Assembly: GCF_964355755.1 (NCBI RefSeq)
Contig: NC_092675.1
Location: forward strand, 30,662,912-30,726,911
Direction of reading: 5' to 3'
Source of the DNA: Antedon mediterranea
Lineage: Eukaryota; Animalia; Echinodermata
DNA length: 64,000 nt
In this document: positions 37,866 through 52,800 of the stretch, one piece after another
Position numbering within the stretch: the first letter of the stretch is position 1
How the letters are laid out: the number at the start of each line of letters is the position of its first letter
Program-made: the position numbers and the translations under genes
Notes under the pieces: generated by a model
Databases searched by the model: none
Told to the model about the DNA's origin: nothing
The model's input: the letters and a program-made list of their open reading frames with translations, nothing else

Positions 37866-40800
37866 TTACGAGAGTATTGTTAAAATAACTTTTCCTTTCG
37901 CATTCTTCAAAATGTTAACAGCTTCCTCGTGAGTGGCACCTTCTAACGATTCGTTATTCACCTGTACTATTTGGTCACCTCTTTTAAGTAACCCATTTTC
38001 TGCTGCCGCCCCTTTATTAAATACGGTCTTGACGTAGATTGGTAAATCGCCATGGGGACTGTCATGTCCCCCAACAATACTAAACCCCAAACCATCTGGT
38101 CCTCTGTCAAGCTCTATCGTTCGATATTGTGCTCTGAAAGAATGTATTCAATTTTTATCAAAAAAATAAGATTATATTCAACTATTGAATTAATATATAT
38201 ATATATATATATATAACCTGTGACTCGCAGCCTACTGGGCTGAATGCGCACAGGTGTGGAAGACACATACCACAACTTTCTACTCCCTAAGAGTCCCTTC
38301 ATGTCGAGTGCTGCCACCAAACGGCGGCCATTCACACAACGACAGGGGCTGAATGTTGCATAATGAACATTATCAAAATCAAAAGTGCTTACCCTCCTTC
38401 CTCATTCAGTGACTGCGTACTTTGGGAGTCGTGGATATTAACAGAGCTAGCAGTGGCCGCTACAAAGCCACTGTTTGCGTCAGCTTCGATGGCTTCTGAC
38501 ACAAGTGAGCTAACATCTGGACGCTGTACGACCTCTAACAGGATCTTGCCAGTGGCCTCTTTGAGAAGGGTCACAACCCCTGCATGATTCATGCCCTCAA
38601 GGCTTTTAGAATTGATCGTTAACAGCTGATCACCAGCCTAGAAAAATGATTAGACATTTTAATATATTACTATTTAATTAACATGTCTGGAAAAACAATA
38701 ACAAACTTCAAGTATCTCAGTATTTCATTTAGCTTCTATGTTTATAAAAGATAAGATTTTCTTTTTTGAAAGAGCAATTTATTAAACGGACAGTACTTAC
38801 TCAAACCTTTCGATCTTTATCAGAGATATTTATCAATTGACTGCTTGTTTATGAGCAGCCTGACCAGGCTGCTTGTTCGAGTAAGTATTCTCCGTTTAAA
38901 GAAAATCTTATCTTTTATAAACTTCAAGGAGTTAGCAAGACAGAGGGCAAGTGCAGAAAAATAGCCTGACCGCTCTTATCAGATAAGAGCAGTGCCTTTG
39001 TTGGGTTTGATCAAGCTGCAAGGTAATTGGCAGTGATCAACATATTTACCTTAAGCGATCCATTAGAATCTGCAATACCACCTGGCTGGATATTAGCAAT
39101 GAAGATGGGTACATCACCTAGAGGGCTCCCTACACCACCAGCAATGCTCAAACCAAGAGATCTGTTTGGTTCTTTTATTAACTCAACTCTTCTCATATCC
39201 ATTAAAAATGCTGAATCTTGGTTTGTAGACATAGTCACTGTAAACAATGTATAATTATTTATTATTCCTTGGCATTTGTTTGCTGTGGAATTCAATAGCA
39301 CATAGACCAATCACATTTAAGCAAAATACTTCACTTAAGTCAATAAATATTTCACTTAAGCACTTATTCAGGAGATTATTACAATTTCAATTTCTCAGTC
39401 TACACTATCACACTTTATGTGACAAAAAAATGTGATGTGCCAATATTAGGACATGATGATGTCATATCACTACCATATTTCGGCACATCACACTTTTTTG
39501 GTCAAACTAGTTTGATAGTGTAGACAGAGCTTTAGTCTAAGTGTATAAATGATAAATATGGTGCAAAAAAAGTAAAAAATTTAAGAAAAATTGTAAAAAA
39601 TAATATATATATATGTGTTTGTTTGAATAGAAACTGAAAACTGACTGTATGACTTACTTGTAGTTGAACTAAGTGGCTGTTCAATATTCAGAGCGGGTGA
39701 TGATGGTAGATTTTGAGACGATAACGATTGTCTTCTCGATGAACTCCTAGAACCACCTTTCAACCGTCCTACTTCCATTAGGATCTTACCTTGTGACATC
39801 TACAAACACAAATAAATCATTAAGTTATCAATTAAATAAATCATTAAGTTATCAATTAAATAAATCATTAATTTATCAATTAAGATCTTTGTAAGTCACA
39901 CATTGTAATGACAATTCCTATTAATAATGGAATAATTACTTGTTTCTACCATCTTTTTGTATGCATTTTATTTAACTAACTGTGCAGATTTTGATACTGG
40001 GATTTAATAAATGTGTTCATTTTTAATGTTTGTATACATTTTATGTCAATTCTTTGTAACTTTTCATATCTCAACATATATGGCCAACACACTTGACCAG
40101 AGGCTGGAAATTTGACCAGTTGCTAGACATTTGACCAGTGGAAAAAATAATTGTGATGATGACACCTTTGTACTGACCTTCAATACAGAAGCAGCTACAT
40201 CTTGTGTTGCGTTAGTCAGATCTTCTCCGTTTACAGACAAGATCTGATCACCTTTCATTACGCGTCCATCATTATCTGCTGTTCCTCCTTTGACGACCTC
40301 CGAGATAAAAACTCCTAATTCATTGCTGAAAAATAATATTGCATTTAAATTTATTCTGCTGCATCACATGTTTCAATAATTCTTTTGGTCTTTTGAATTA
40401 GGTCAATAAATGTGGTATTCACTTAAGTGTGATTGGTGAATACAGCTTCTGGAATATATTTTAGTAAATTTCCATGATTTTTTATGTGTTCAATGGATTG
40501 TATGAACTCTGACATTACACTTTCTAAATTAAACTGCCTTTGACTATTGTAAATTAAATATTTAATAACCAATATTTACCTTTTTTCCACGATGCTAAGT
40601 CCTAGCCCTCGACCTGGTTTTTTGTTTAATTCAATGGTAAACTTATCATAAATTAATTCATCTTCTTTAAACATAGCACTAGAGTCTCTGAAGACTACTA
40701 ATTTCACTTCAGAGGGGGTTTGTCTTAATGCTGTAATGGCATCATCATGTTTGGCTTTTGAAAGATCAACTTCATTCACCTGAATAGGGAGTAAACATAA

Positions 40801-43800
40801 ATTAGTAACTCATTGTAAGTAGCACCATCAAACACTTAGGTCCTAATAAGTATTTTGTTATAGTTTTCACATAAACAAATCTACTAATAAATTTAAAAAT
40901 AAACTAAATATTTAATATACAGATATCATCAGTATAGTATTATTAGTCTGTTGGTCATCTGGATCTAGAACCTGTGTCAAGTGAGCAAATGACAACTCTA
41001 TGCAACTACAGTAGTTCCAAGAAAGCACATTAGTGCTTTGCTATCATCTGTCTGTATATTTTGCTGACCTTAATAAGCTGATCTCCAGACCAGAGACGAC
41101 CATCTCTTGCAGCTGCACCATCGTCATAAACTTCATGGACCATTATAACACCCTTTAAGAAATATATAAGTATCCTTCAAATTTAATTGTGCCAAACTTA
41201 GCTTTATTTAACAGATCTGAAACATTTTTTGAGTAAACATATAAACACAAAAAATCTGGTATTGGGTGAGTCCACTGTACTTTCAATTGTAAAGAATAAG
41301 GGTGATATCACTTACCAAAGGGGTATCACTTCCGCCCACGATGCTTAAGCCAAGACCCGTAGTACCTTTAGGGATGATTATAGTAGTCTCCTTCCCAGCC
41401 ACTAATTCACAGGTGTATGGATCTTGTGGTGGCGATATAATTGGAGTGAAGATAGTTGGAGGAGATTTGTCTGAGAAAAAAAAGCAGCATTATAAACCAT
41501 ACAAACAATAATTCATAAAAATCTTAACAAATCTTATCAAAACCATACTAAATATTTCTGATAGTGGTGTGTTTCATCTGTTAGTGGTGGTTTCATCGCT
41601 GTTGGTTGTGAATAAAATAAAATAAAAAATAAACAAACAAAATCGTTGCTTATTGTTTGCCTTGAAATAACATATAGAACTGTAGAAACCGGATTGTACC
41701 AACACTTGATTGACTTTCTTACGTTTGCTCTCTATGTTGAAACTCTGGAAATACAGCATAAATACACTACTCCAAATAAAATAATTTGAAATAGTTGTAG
41801 TTTCTTTTTTGTATACCCACTAAAAATGTAAACATAAAAAGGCAAAGAGAAAAAAAACCCTCAAAACCCAGACAATTGTAAAATTACTAATAAAAATACC
41901 TGATGACTCTATCTTTGTCGGTTTTGACCTCTCTTTGACCCTTTGTTCCGGTTGAATGATTGCCTCTTGTATGTTTGTTTTGCTAGACCCATCAGTTTGA
42001 TATTCCATTGGTTTTGATTGATGTACATTTGACTGGTTGGCTGTCGCATTAACAGTCAGCACAACTTTCCCTTTTGTATTTTTCAGGACAGAAATTGCAC
42101 TGAGTTTTGAGAGGCCAATCAGTGACTGGTTGTTGACCGCTAAGATTTGGTCACCACATCTCAACCTTCCATCCTACCAACAAAGTACACAAAAACAAAA
42201 GTCAAACCTTATAATATTATGATATGTTGATCTAAAAGCTCGGCCTACACTATCAAACTGTACGTGACAAAAAAAATGTGCCCATATATGGACATGATGA
42301 TGTCATATTACTACCATGTTTGGGCATATCACTATCATATTTGGGCACATCACATTTTTTTGTCACATAAAGTTTGATAGTGTAGACAAGGCCTAACTCA
42401 CATCACTGTAGGTTAGGCTCTTCCACCCACAGTCGAAGTCTGTTTTCCCAGAGGGCCCAGTATACAGGACTATGATGTATGATGAGTGGCTGTGTGTGAA
42501 CTAGTACACCTGCCGGTGGTAACCCCCCTAATAATTTTGACAGATACTAAAATCATAATAATCCATTTCAATTCTTTTTTTACCAGATTATAAAAAAGTT
42601 ATAATCTTCTATCTATTGTAGTTCAATTTAAATTTCACATTTCATTTACACAAATTTCACAAGCAATGCTCATTAAATGTCAAATATATTCACATTCAAT
42701 GTTTATTTTGTTATCACTTTTGATGAGTATTGAATTTTACTACAGAACCTAATTATAGATTTACTTCTATTTTGTAAACAAATTCATTATAATATGCAAT
42801 AATATAAATTCCCATATAAAATTGTATTTAAAATGGTTTTCCATTAATTTGTACAACATTTTTAAGTTCATTTGTTCATTGACATTATACAATTTTGTTC
42901 TAAAATTAGAAGTTTTGGTCACTAAACCTGACATTTTAACAAATAAAGAATATTTTTGTAATTTTAAACCTTTTAACCATTTCAATAATAATTTAATTGT
43001 TAATTGTTATTATGTTGTATGCACTGTGCATATGAGCAACTTTAATTGATATGGCACAAAATAATGCTTAAATATTATTATTTAGAGGCTACTTATTACT
43101 ATAGGCATCTAATATCTTTGGTACTAACGTCATACAATTATCTTAGCCTGGATATCATGCGAGAGGGGCCTAATTAAGGCAGACAAGCGGTGTAGGGTAT
43201 CAGGCTTGATTCAATTAATAAGCTTACGTCTAGATAATATTACAAGAAAATTTATAATAAGCCAAACAATGACTAAAAACAAGGAGATAATCAACAAATC
43301 ACTTACTCAATCTACAGTAATTTAACCCTATTCTCTGATTGAATATTAAATACTTATTATTTCAATTCAAAATGTCATATAAATTTTGATATATTATGTG
43401 TATTGTAAAGTAAACAAGACTATCGATGGCAGCCAACTCAACCTGTGTAACTACAACATTGCTTTAAGGACAGTCAAAACCTTTAAGGTTATAACAACTT
43501 GTTCCTCAGTTTGTCTGCCCTCCTTTAATAATTTTTATTCATTTTTATATGCATTTATTTATATTTTGGAAGGAAAATAAATATATTATATTGCTGTTAT
43601 ATTTTGTAGCACTCAATACAACATAGGCATTGCTGTTACAGTTTGAAATTTTGTCGACTAATCTCATGCATAAATTAGAAGTTAATAATGATTATTGTGA
43701 GAGTTGGGGAGTGCCATCTGCTTCTTATTGCTTAGTCTTTTATGAACATCAGCGAGAGGGATTACATCATATATTTTTGATTTATTAGTTTAAATATTGA

Positions 43801-46800
43801 GAAATGCATAATTTATTGTTTAGTGACATGTTAAATCGCCTATGAATGGTTTATACATACAAATAGTTAGTATATCAAGAAGCTGCTGATGATGACAATA
43901 ATGAAGATGACATTTACAATGTGATATAGTAAAGGCTGTTTTTCACTAGCAAAATTTGTTCCACAAATGAAAACTGTCTGAATATTCATGTTTTTTTCTT
44001 CTAAATGTATTTCTGCGACAAATTCAAGTTCCTTGTGTTCAGGGGTGGCGCCAGGACAAATTCAAGTTCCTTGCGTTCAGGGGTGGCGCCAGGACAAATT
44101 CAAGTTCCTTGCGTTCAGGGGTGGCGCCAGGACAAATTCAAGTTCCTTGCGTTCAGGGGTGGCGCCAGGACAAATTCAAGTTCCTTGCGTTCAGGGGTGG
44201 CGCCAGGACAAATTCAAGTTCCTTGCGTTCAGGGGTGGCGCCAGGACAAATTCAAGTTCCTTGCGTTCAGGGGTGGCGCCAGGACAAATTCAAGTTCCTT
44301 GCGTTCAGGGGTGGCGCCAGGACAAATTCAAGTTCCTTGCGTTCAGGGGTGGCACCAGGACAAATTCAAGTTCCTTGCGTTCAGGGGTGGCGCCAGGACA
44401 AATTCAAGTTCCTTGCGTTCAGGGGTGGCGCCAGGACAAATTCAAGTTCCTTGCGTTCAGGGGTGGCGCCAGGACAAATTCAAGTTCCTTGCGTTCAGGG
44501 GTGGCGCCAGGACAAATTCAAGTTCCTTGCGTTCAGGGGTGGCGCCAGGACAAATTCAAGTTCCTTGCGTTCAGGGGTGGCGCCAGGACAAATTCAAGTT
44601 CCTTGCGTTCAGGGGTGGCGCCAGGACAAATTCAAGTTCCTTGCGTTCAGGGGTGGCGCCAGGACAAATTCAAGTTCCTTGCGTTCAGGGGTGGCGCCAG
44701 GACAAATTCAAGTTCCTTGCGTTCAGGGGTGGCGCCAGGACAAATTCAAGTTCCTTGCGTTCAGGGGTGGCGCCAGGACAAATTCAAGTTCCTTGCGTTC
44801 AGGGGTGGCGCCAGGACAAATTCAAGTTCCTTGCGTTCAGGGGTGGCGCCAGGACAAATTCAAGTTCCTTGCGTTCAGGGGTGGCGCCAGGACAAATTCA
44901 AGTTCCTTGCGTTCAGGGGTGGCGCCAGGACAAATTCAAGTTCCTTGCGTTCAGGGGTGGCGCCAGGACAAATTCAAGTTCCTTGCGTTCAGGGGTGGCG
45001 CCAGGACAAATTCAAGTTCCTTGCGTTCAGGGGTGGCGCCAGGACAAATTCAAGTTCCTTGCGTTCAGGGGTGGCGCCAGGACAAATTCAAGTTCCTTGC
45101 GTTCAGGGGTGGCGCCAGGACAAATTCAAGTTCCTTGCGTTCAGGGGTGGCGCCAGGACAAATTCAAGTTCCTTGCGTTCAGGGGTGGTGCCAGGACAAA
45201 TTCAAGTTCCTTGCGTTCAGGGGTGGCGCCAGGACAAATTCAAGTTCCTTGCGTTCAGGGGTGGCGCCAGGACAAATTCAAGTTCCTTGCGTTCAGGGGT
45301 GGCGCCAGGACAAATTCAAGTTCCTTGCGTTCAGGGGTGGCGCCAGGACAAATTCAAGTTCCTTGCGTTCAGGGGTGGCGCCAGGACAAATTCAAGTTCC
45401 TTGCGTTCAGGGGTGGCGCCAGGACAAATTCAAGTTCCTTGCGTTCAGGGGTGGCGCCAGGACAAATTCAAGTTCCTTGCGTTCAGGGGTGGCGCCAGGA
45501 CAAATTCAAGTTCCTTGCGTTCAGGGGTGGCGCCAGGACAAATTCAAGTTCCTTGCGTTCAGGGGTGGCGCCAGGACAAATTCAAGTTCCTTGCGTTCAG
45601 GGGTGGCGCCAGGACAAATTCAAGTTCCTTGCGTTCAGGGGTGGCGCCAGGACAAATTCAATTTCCTTGCGTTAAGGGGTGGCGCCAGGACAAATTCAAG
45701 TTCCTTGCGTTCAGGGGTGGCGCCAGGACAAATTCAAGTTCCTTGCGTTCAGGGGTGGCGCCAGGACAAATTCAAGTTCCTTGCGTTCAGGGGTGGCGCC
45801 AGGACAAATTCAAGTTCCTTGCGTTCAGGGGTGGCGCCAGGACAAATTCAAGTTCCTTGCGTTCAGGGGTGGCGCCAGGACAAATTCAAGTTCCTTGCGT
45901 TTTCCAATTCAGCGAAATTAGTAGTTTGAAAATTCACAAATAAAAAGAATTGTGGAAATGAGTTCATGTGAAAACAGCGCAGCAGACACAGATGAAATGA
46001 AAATCGCAGCTATTTGTAATTGAAACTAAATCAAAATGGATGATGAAGATTATGATTAGGATGATGATGATGATAATGATGACGATTATGATTAGGATGA
46101 TGATGATAATGATGACGATTATTATTAGGATGATGATTAGGATGATGATGATGATGATTATGATTAGGATGATGATGATGATAATGATGACGATTATGAT
46201 TAGGTTGATGATTAGGATGATGATTGTAATGATAGGCGCTAGCAACCACATTTAGAATCCGATTTCTTTTATTTATCCATTAATTAGATATGCCTCAGAA
46301 AAGAGATGTGATTTTATTGGTTTTTTAAAAATTAATTGTATGGAGATACCTAATCCGTTGAAGAACAGTATTCCAAAGACGCGGAGCAGCAACTGAAAAA
46401 GCTTGATGTGACGAGATAATAATAGTGAATAATCTAACCTGTGCCGCTGCGCCACCTGCAGTTACGTCTTTCACAAATATCCTGGAATTTCCGTCTTCAT
46501 CTACATCTTCTAAGATTGTAAACCCAAGTCCAGTTTGACTCTGAAATAAATCATTGCTTTTAATTATAACGTGTACATGTTAGTGACGCCACAAAGTGAC
46601 ACTGATGTATTTACACACACTATGCACATGAAATGATGTGTTTCACCAACAGACACAAATGTTAACATACTAGTTGATTAACTTACTAGTTCATTAATTA
46701 ACAAGATCACAATAAAAACACTCTTTAGGTGAATTGTCTGGCATGTAAACAAAACATCTAAAATTTCTTTTAAGCTAAAATGTATGTGTTTTGTGAAGCT

Positions 46801-49800
46801 AAACCATGTTTTTCGCGAATCAAAACCACTACACTTTGTGGCATCGCTAATGATTATATGCTACGATTCAAGACCACCTATAAACACCCGTGCTCAAATG
46901 ATACTTAAGACTACCTTAGGTGTTAATATGGAAGGAAACCGGTACTACTAAGTTATAATCTGAACAAATCATACACAATTCAGTGCCATCATGTTAATAC
47001 GTGTTGAGCACCTCCAAATGTTATTACTTTCTGGGTGTTGCCTCTTAATTATTTATATTTAAATTGTTATTTTGTTTACTTTGAAATGATAAGAAATAAA
47101 TGTTATTATGAATGAATGAATGAATGTAATTTAATAGATACACTGAAAAATATTATATAAGATAAATTTTGGAAAAGTCTGGTTTTGGGAGCAATTTTGA
47201 TTTTCAAGAGACAGTTGTCTATTTCTGTTTAATAGTTTGTGTGTATGTTGTACATCATGTGACAACTCATCCCACCCACACACTGTTGATAATGAAGTAA
47301 TCTCTCACACTGTATTCTACGAATTATTTAAAGCAAATAACATTATTTGATTATTTACAAAATATTTGATTTTCATTATGTTTTGTAGGAGACTGTGATG
47401 ATTATGTTTTGTAGGAGACTGTGATGATTATGTTTTCTCTCATAAACTAAAGAAAATACAAGCGTGCTCTAAGTAGTTACTTAATTAAGCATGAATAAAT
47501 TCAACCAATCATGTAACAGATAATAAATTACATATCTGTATCCATTTAACATCTTCAAAACTACTTGCAAGACTATATTGAGGAGGTAACATAAAAGTTA
47601 ACAAACGGTTATTGTAATAAGCCTCTAATAACCCAGTGCTCTATTTGTAACCAGTAAATTGGGAGGTAACATAAAGGTTAACAAACGGTTATTGTAATAA
47701 GCCTCTAACAACCCAGTGCTCTATTTGTAACCAGTAAAGTGGGAGGTAACATAAAGGTTAACAAACGGTTATTGTAATAAGCCTCTAACAACCCGGTGCT
47801 CAACTTGCCAGAGTATATTGAGGAGGTAACATAAAGGTTAACAAACGGTTATTGTAATAAGCCTCTAACAACCCAGTGCTCTATTTGTAACCAGTAAATT
47901 GAGGAGGTAACATAAAGGTTAACAAATGGTTATTGTAATAAGCCTCTAATAACCCAGTGCTTAGTTTTCTATTTGTTAATATTACCACTATAAATAACTC
48001 AATTCACTATTCGTCATCATCTTTTTTGTCTAGAGAAAGCACATTTAATTACTTATAGATTTAATCAAATCAAACAGTTATAATGTAATACAAATAAGTT
48101 TAAAATATTAAAGATAATTACCCTTGTTAAACTGATTGTGTGAACGTTAGAGTAACTTGCGAAATCCTTCTTTTTATTGCTTTTTGCTCCTCCTCCTCCT
48201 CCATCTCGTCCCACTAACTGTAAAGAAAAGATGGGCCTGCTTTAGAAATTCATGTACAGCTATTTTTAATTTAAATTATTTATTTTCAAATGCATCAATA
48301 GTGTAGAGAGATAGTTTGTCTGTTAAATACAAATGTTGTCTATTGCACGCAGCATACATACACATGGGATATTACAATGAACAGAATCGTACTTGGAAGA
48401 TTTTAAACTACATGTGAACCAGCTGAGGAACAGCTATTTACGATTGTAGTTCAACAAACCAATTCATGCTGGTACAATGACTGTTGCTTAATATATAGAA
48501 AACATGAAATAAATAAAACTGGGAAAAAATAAGCAAAACTACTGCTGGAAATAAATAAAAATAGTCTCCATTTTATAATCACGTTCATTTTAGAATTACA
48601 ATTTATTGTGGAATGACATCATTAAGTATGGTATCCCTATGGAGCGAGTGAAACCAACCAACTAATGCATACAAACCCATCAATCGGCTAATTGCATATT
48701 AAAGACACACAAATGCATATATCTAATCTGTAGTACTAATGATTTGAACCCTGCTGATTCAACTAGAAGCAAAGCACTTATCTACTCTAACAATTAAGTC
48801 TTCTGTCAATTATACCTAAATGTAATTGTTGATGATTTTTAACTGTTATCATAACTAATTGATATTTAATGACTTAAGATGTGGGGGTTTTTAATTAAAT
48901 GGTTGGCTAGATCAATTCAGTACTACATATCAAGTATATTGAGATTGTTGAGATTTTTTAAAATTAGACTGAAATAACAAATAAATATTAAAGAATATAA
49001 ACCAGATTGTTTCTGCATGATGAATTGTCACTAGGAATACTATAATGAATATGAATGAGTTGGAATCCTACAAACACTAGAAAGATAGATAGATGATGAG
49101 AGAGTGGATGAAAGGTAGAGCGACTATTAAATTGGTTTTGCACACAATATGATTTATTATCATATTAACAGGACTTGATTGAACAAGTACATTATCTTGT
49201 TGATAATTAATTACGCACTAAGTAAATGTTTATCATAGTTTGTAGTTACATGAATTATTAATGTATTAGAATCTCATTCCTGTCACCAAAAGAGGTATTT
49301 CAACTGAAATAAGCACTACAAATACTACTAGCTCTAAACACATTCTCCTTGTTAACTAGGAGACTAAAAAAAAACCAAACCAGTAAGCAATAAATTACAT
49401 TTCAAGTATAATAGAATACAGTATAATAGAATACAGTATAATAGAATACAGTATAATAGAATACAGTATAATAGAATACAGTATAATAGAATACAGTATA
49501 ATAGAATACAGTATAACAGAATACAGTATTATAGAATACAGTATAAAAGAATACAGTATTATAGAATACAGTATAATAGAATACAGTATAATAGAATACA
49601 GTATAATAGAATACAGTATTATAGAATACAGTACTCCAACATAAAACTTACATATGGATGTTGAATTGAAGTTAGAAACAAATAGATGGGTCATAATGAT
49701 GTAGAATGACCTCTATATGACCTTTCACATCACCATAGCGATAATTATATTATATACTATAGTATCTCTATGATCACCTAGCACAATCCAGAGTGTTCAC

Positions 49801-52800
49801 ACCGGGACACACACCAAAACAAATCGTTGCTACTTCAGTGTGTGTAGTAGTTTTTCTAAGTGATTTCTAGTTTTGAGATTACATAATTATTTCATTATTT
49901 CATTTACTGTTCTTGTTACTACTGCCTGTCATTAATGACTTGTATTTTCTAAATCATAATAAATACACACTTAATATGCATACAAACAAAACATTTTCGT
50001 TTAAAATATAAAACCATCTTTATATTTAAAAAACATATTTTGAATAATTTGAGAGATATAAACATATGAAAGTTTTTGTGCATTATCCAAATTGTAATGT
50101 TACATAAAACTAGAATCAATTGTTATATCAATCAAAGAAATGAATTCATAAAACGTTTATTTTTTTAGCTTTTCATTCAGAATAAATAATCTCTTAAAAT
50201 GAAAATAGTATACAGAAATTGATTCCTTTATTGATATCATCAGCATTAAGGAGATAGCTGTTGACACGAGATAATGTTATGCTTCCAAACATTATATAAC
50301 ATTATGCTTCTTTCAGACATTATATAACATTATGCTTCTAGACATTATATTAACGCTATGTGCTATGATGATCAGGCAATATATAATAACTTGTGATGTA
50401 TACATTTTATCCATCTCAAAATAATAAAATCAAAATTCACAAAATTGTAATATAAATGAGTTTTACTTTCAGAATTAGAACTGATAATAATTATTATTTC
50501 AGTACGTCATGCAAAGGCCTCACTGGGACTGACAGTAAAAACAAAATGGCTGCAAATAAAGAGTATGAGATAAAAAGATGAGTTTTTTAAGCTGCCTGAA
50601 ATTTGCAATTGAAGTTGCCCGAGTCTCTATTAATTAATTAATTAAATGGAGGGGAGGGATAAAAACAATAGCATTTACAGAATATATTAATTACTTTATG
50701 GAATGCAAAGAAACATTAAATAGAGATAATAATTTTTCCATTCAATTCAAAGTGACATTTATTTACTTCAAAAAAGACAGTTAAAAAGATGTAGGTAAAA
50801 AAAAAAACCAGTAACAGTTGAAGAAGGCATGCAAATATATATATATATATTGACAATATACTTGTTTATGCTATGATTTTCTAATGCAATTAGACATACC
50901 AATGAGAAAAGATTTCTTTTGTAATAAATTAGACGATTTGCAGAGAGCAGGTCAAGTAGTGGATGCAGGTTATAGTGACTATGAAGTCAATTTAATTACC
51001 TAATGCAAGCTCTTCAATTCAATACACTATTGAAAGGCTTTACTAGCAGCCAAAGTGAATTTTTCATATAGCATTTACATCTGAGAAAACACTACAGTCA
51101 AATCTGATTATTTCTAGTAAATCTGTATTTCTGTTTTGATTTTTGTAAAGTAACAAATAAAGAGTATTTAAATTATCATCGCTTCAGTCAGTTAAAATTG
51201 AAACATGAGGCTAGCTGCATCTATTGTCACAAACAGGTTATTTGTTTGTTTGTGCATTTGTATTTATAAATTAAATTATTAAAAAAGTAACAATATTCAC
51301 AAAAATGAAATAGAACACATTTTGTAATAAATAAGAAGAAGCATTAGTGTTTAAATAGCTTTTTATTTAGTGTTTTTGTCAAATAAGTTAAGCAATGTAA
51401 TTAGTATTAATTATTTAATATTTTGACAACAAACGGATGTAGATGAAACTGATTGAATGAATTCAAATGCAAATTATCATTTTGTTTTTTTAATATGAAT
51501 AGTCAATTTAATTTCTCATTATTTATCTCTCTTTGAAATGTCATTTGCAGACTATTAAATGCTTATGTCGTCTCCTTTTGTCAACAGCATGCTAATTAAG
51601 CTCTGTCTACACTATCAAACTTCATGTGACAAAAAAAAATGGGATGTGCCCATATTGACATGATGATGTCATATCACTACCATATTTGGGTATATCACTA
51701 CCATATTTGGGTATATTACTACCATATTTGGGCATATCACTACCATATTTTGATAGTGTACTGTAGATAGAGCTTATGTTTACATGGATAAAGCATACAC
51801 AAATCAATTCTCTGACGAACAAATTGAGATTAGGCTCATAGCCAGTAATGGCGCATGACTAAGTAGAGCAACAGCAGCCATATTGTTTTGGGTTTTGATT
51901 CGGCTTTGGTGCGTAAAATCTTTAGGTGAATTTATTCAAATCATTGCAGAGGAGAAATAAAGTAATTTGCATAAGCTACATAAAAGGTCAAAGTTAACAA
52001 ACTCTTACCTGACTAGAAGGTGATGTGAGTGGATGTACAGCGAGCTGATTAATAGCATCTTCACAACGACAGATCACCATGGTAACCATTTGACCAGTCG
52101 TCTTTATTATAGCAGACGCATTTTGGTGACTACGTCCATATACCTGATTGCCATTGATCTGAAAAACCATGCAACTTTCTTTACCAAATAATCTAATAAA
52201 CTGGTTTTGATTTGTTTGTAAAGTTTTTATTTAAATGTCACTTATTTTTTTCTGACATTTTCAACACACACAACAGATAAGCACAACACACACAACAGAC
52301 AACACACAAAACGCACAACACAGACAGGCACAACATACACAATGCACAATACACACAACAGACAACACACATAACGCACAACACACACAACAGACAAGCA
52401 CAACACACACAACAGAAAACACACAAAACGCACAACACACACAACAGAAAACACACAAAACGCACAACACAGACAGGCACAACACACACAATGCACAACA
52501 CACACAACAGACAACACACATAACGCACAACACACACAACAGACAAGCACAACACACACAACAGAAAACACACAAAACGCACAACACACAGACAGGCACA
52601 ACGCACAACACACAACAGACAACACGCACAACACACAAACAGACAAGCACAATGAACACAACACACATAACGCACAACACCCACGCACAAATAACACATG
52701 CACACACCAAATTCACAATAAATGCTTGTAAAATTTTAATAAGTATACTTTAGATTTCATCTTTCACGCCTACACAGTTACCTGTCACATGGGATGATCC

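Noticed and set aside
43988-45943. Three long ORFs (556-651 aa) in all + frames
   Set aside because: These are an artefact of a stop-free 38-bp unit, giving a 38-aa period in every frame. The region lies antisense within an MPDZ intron.
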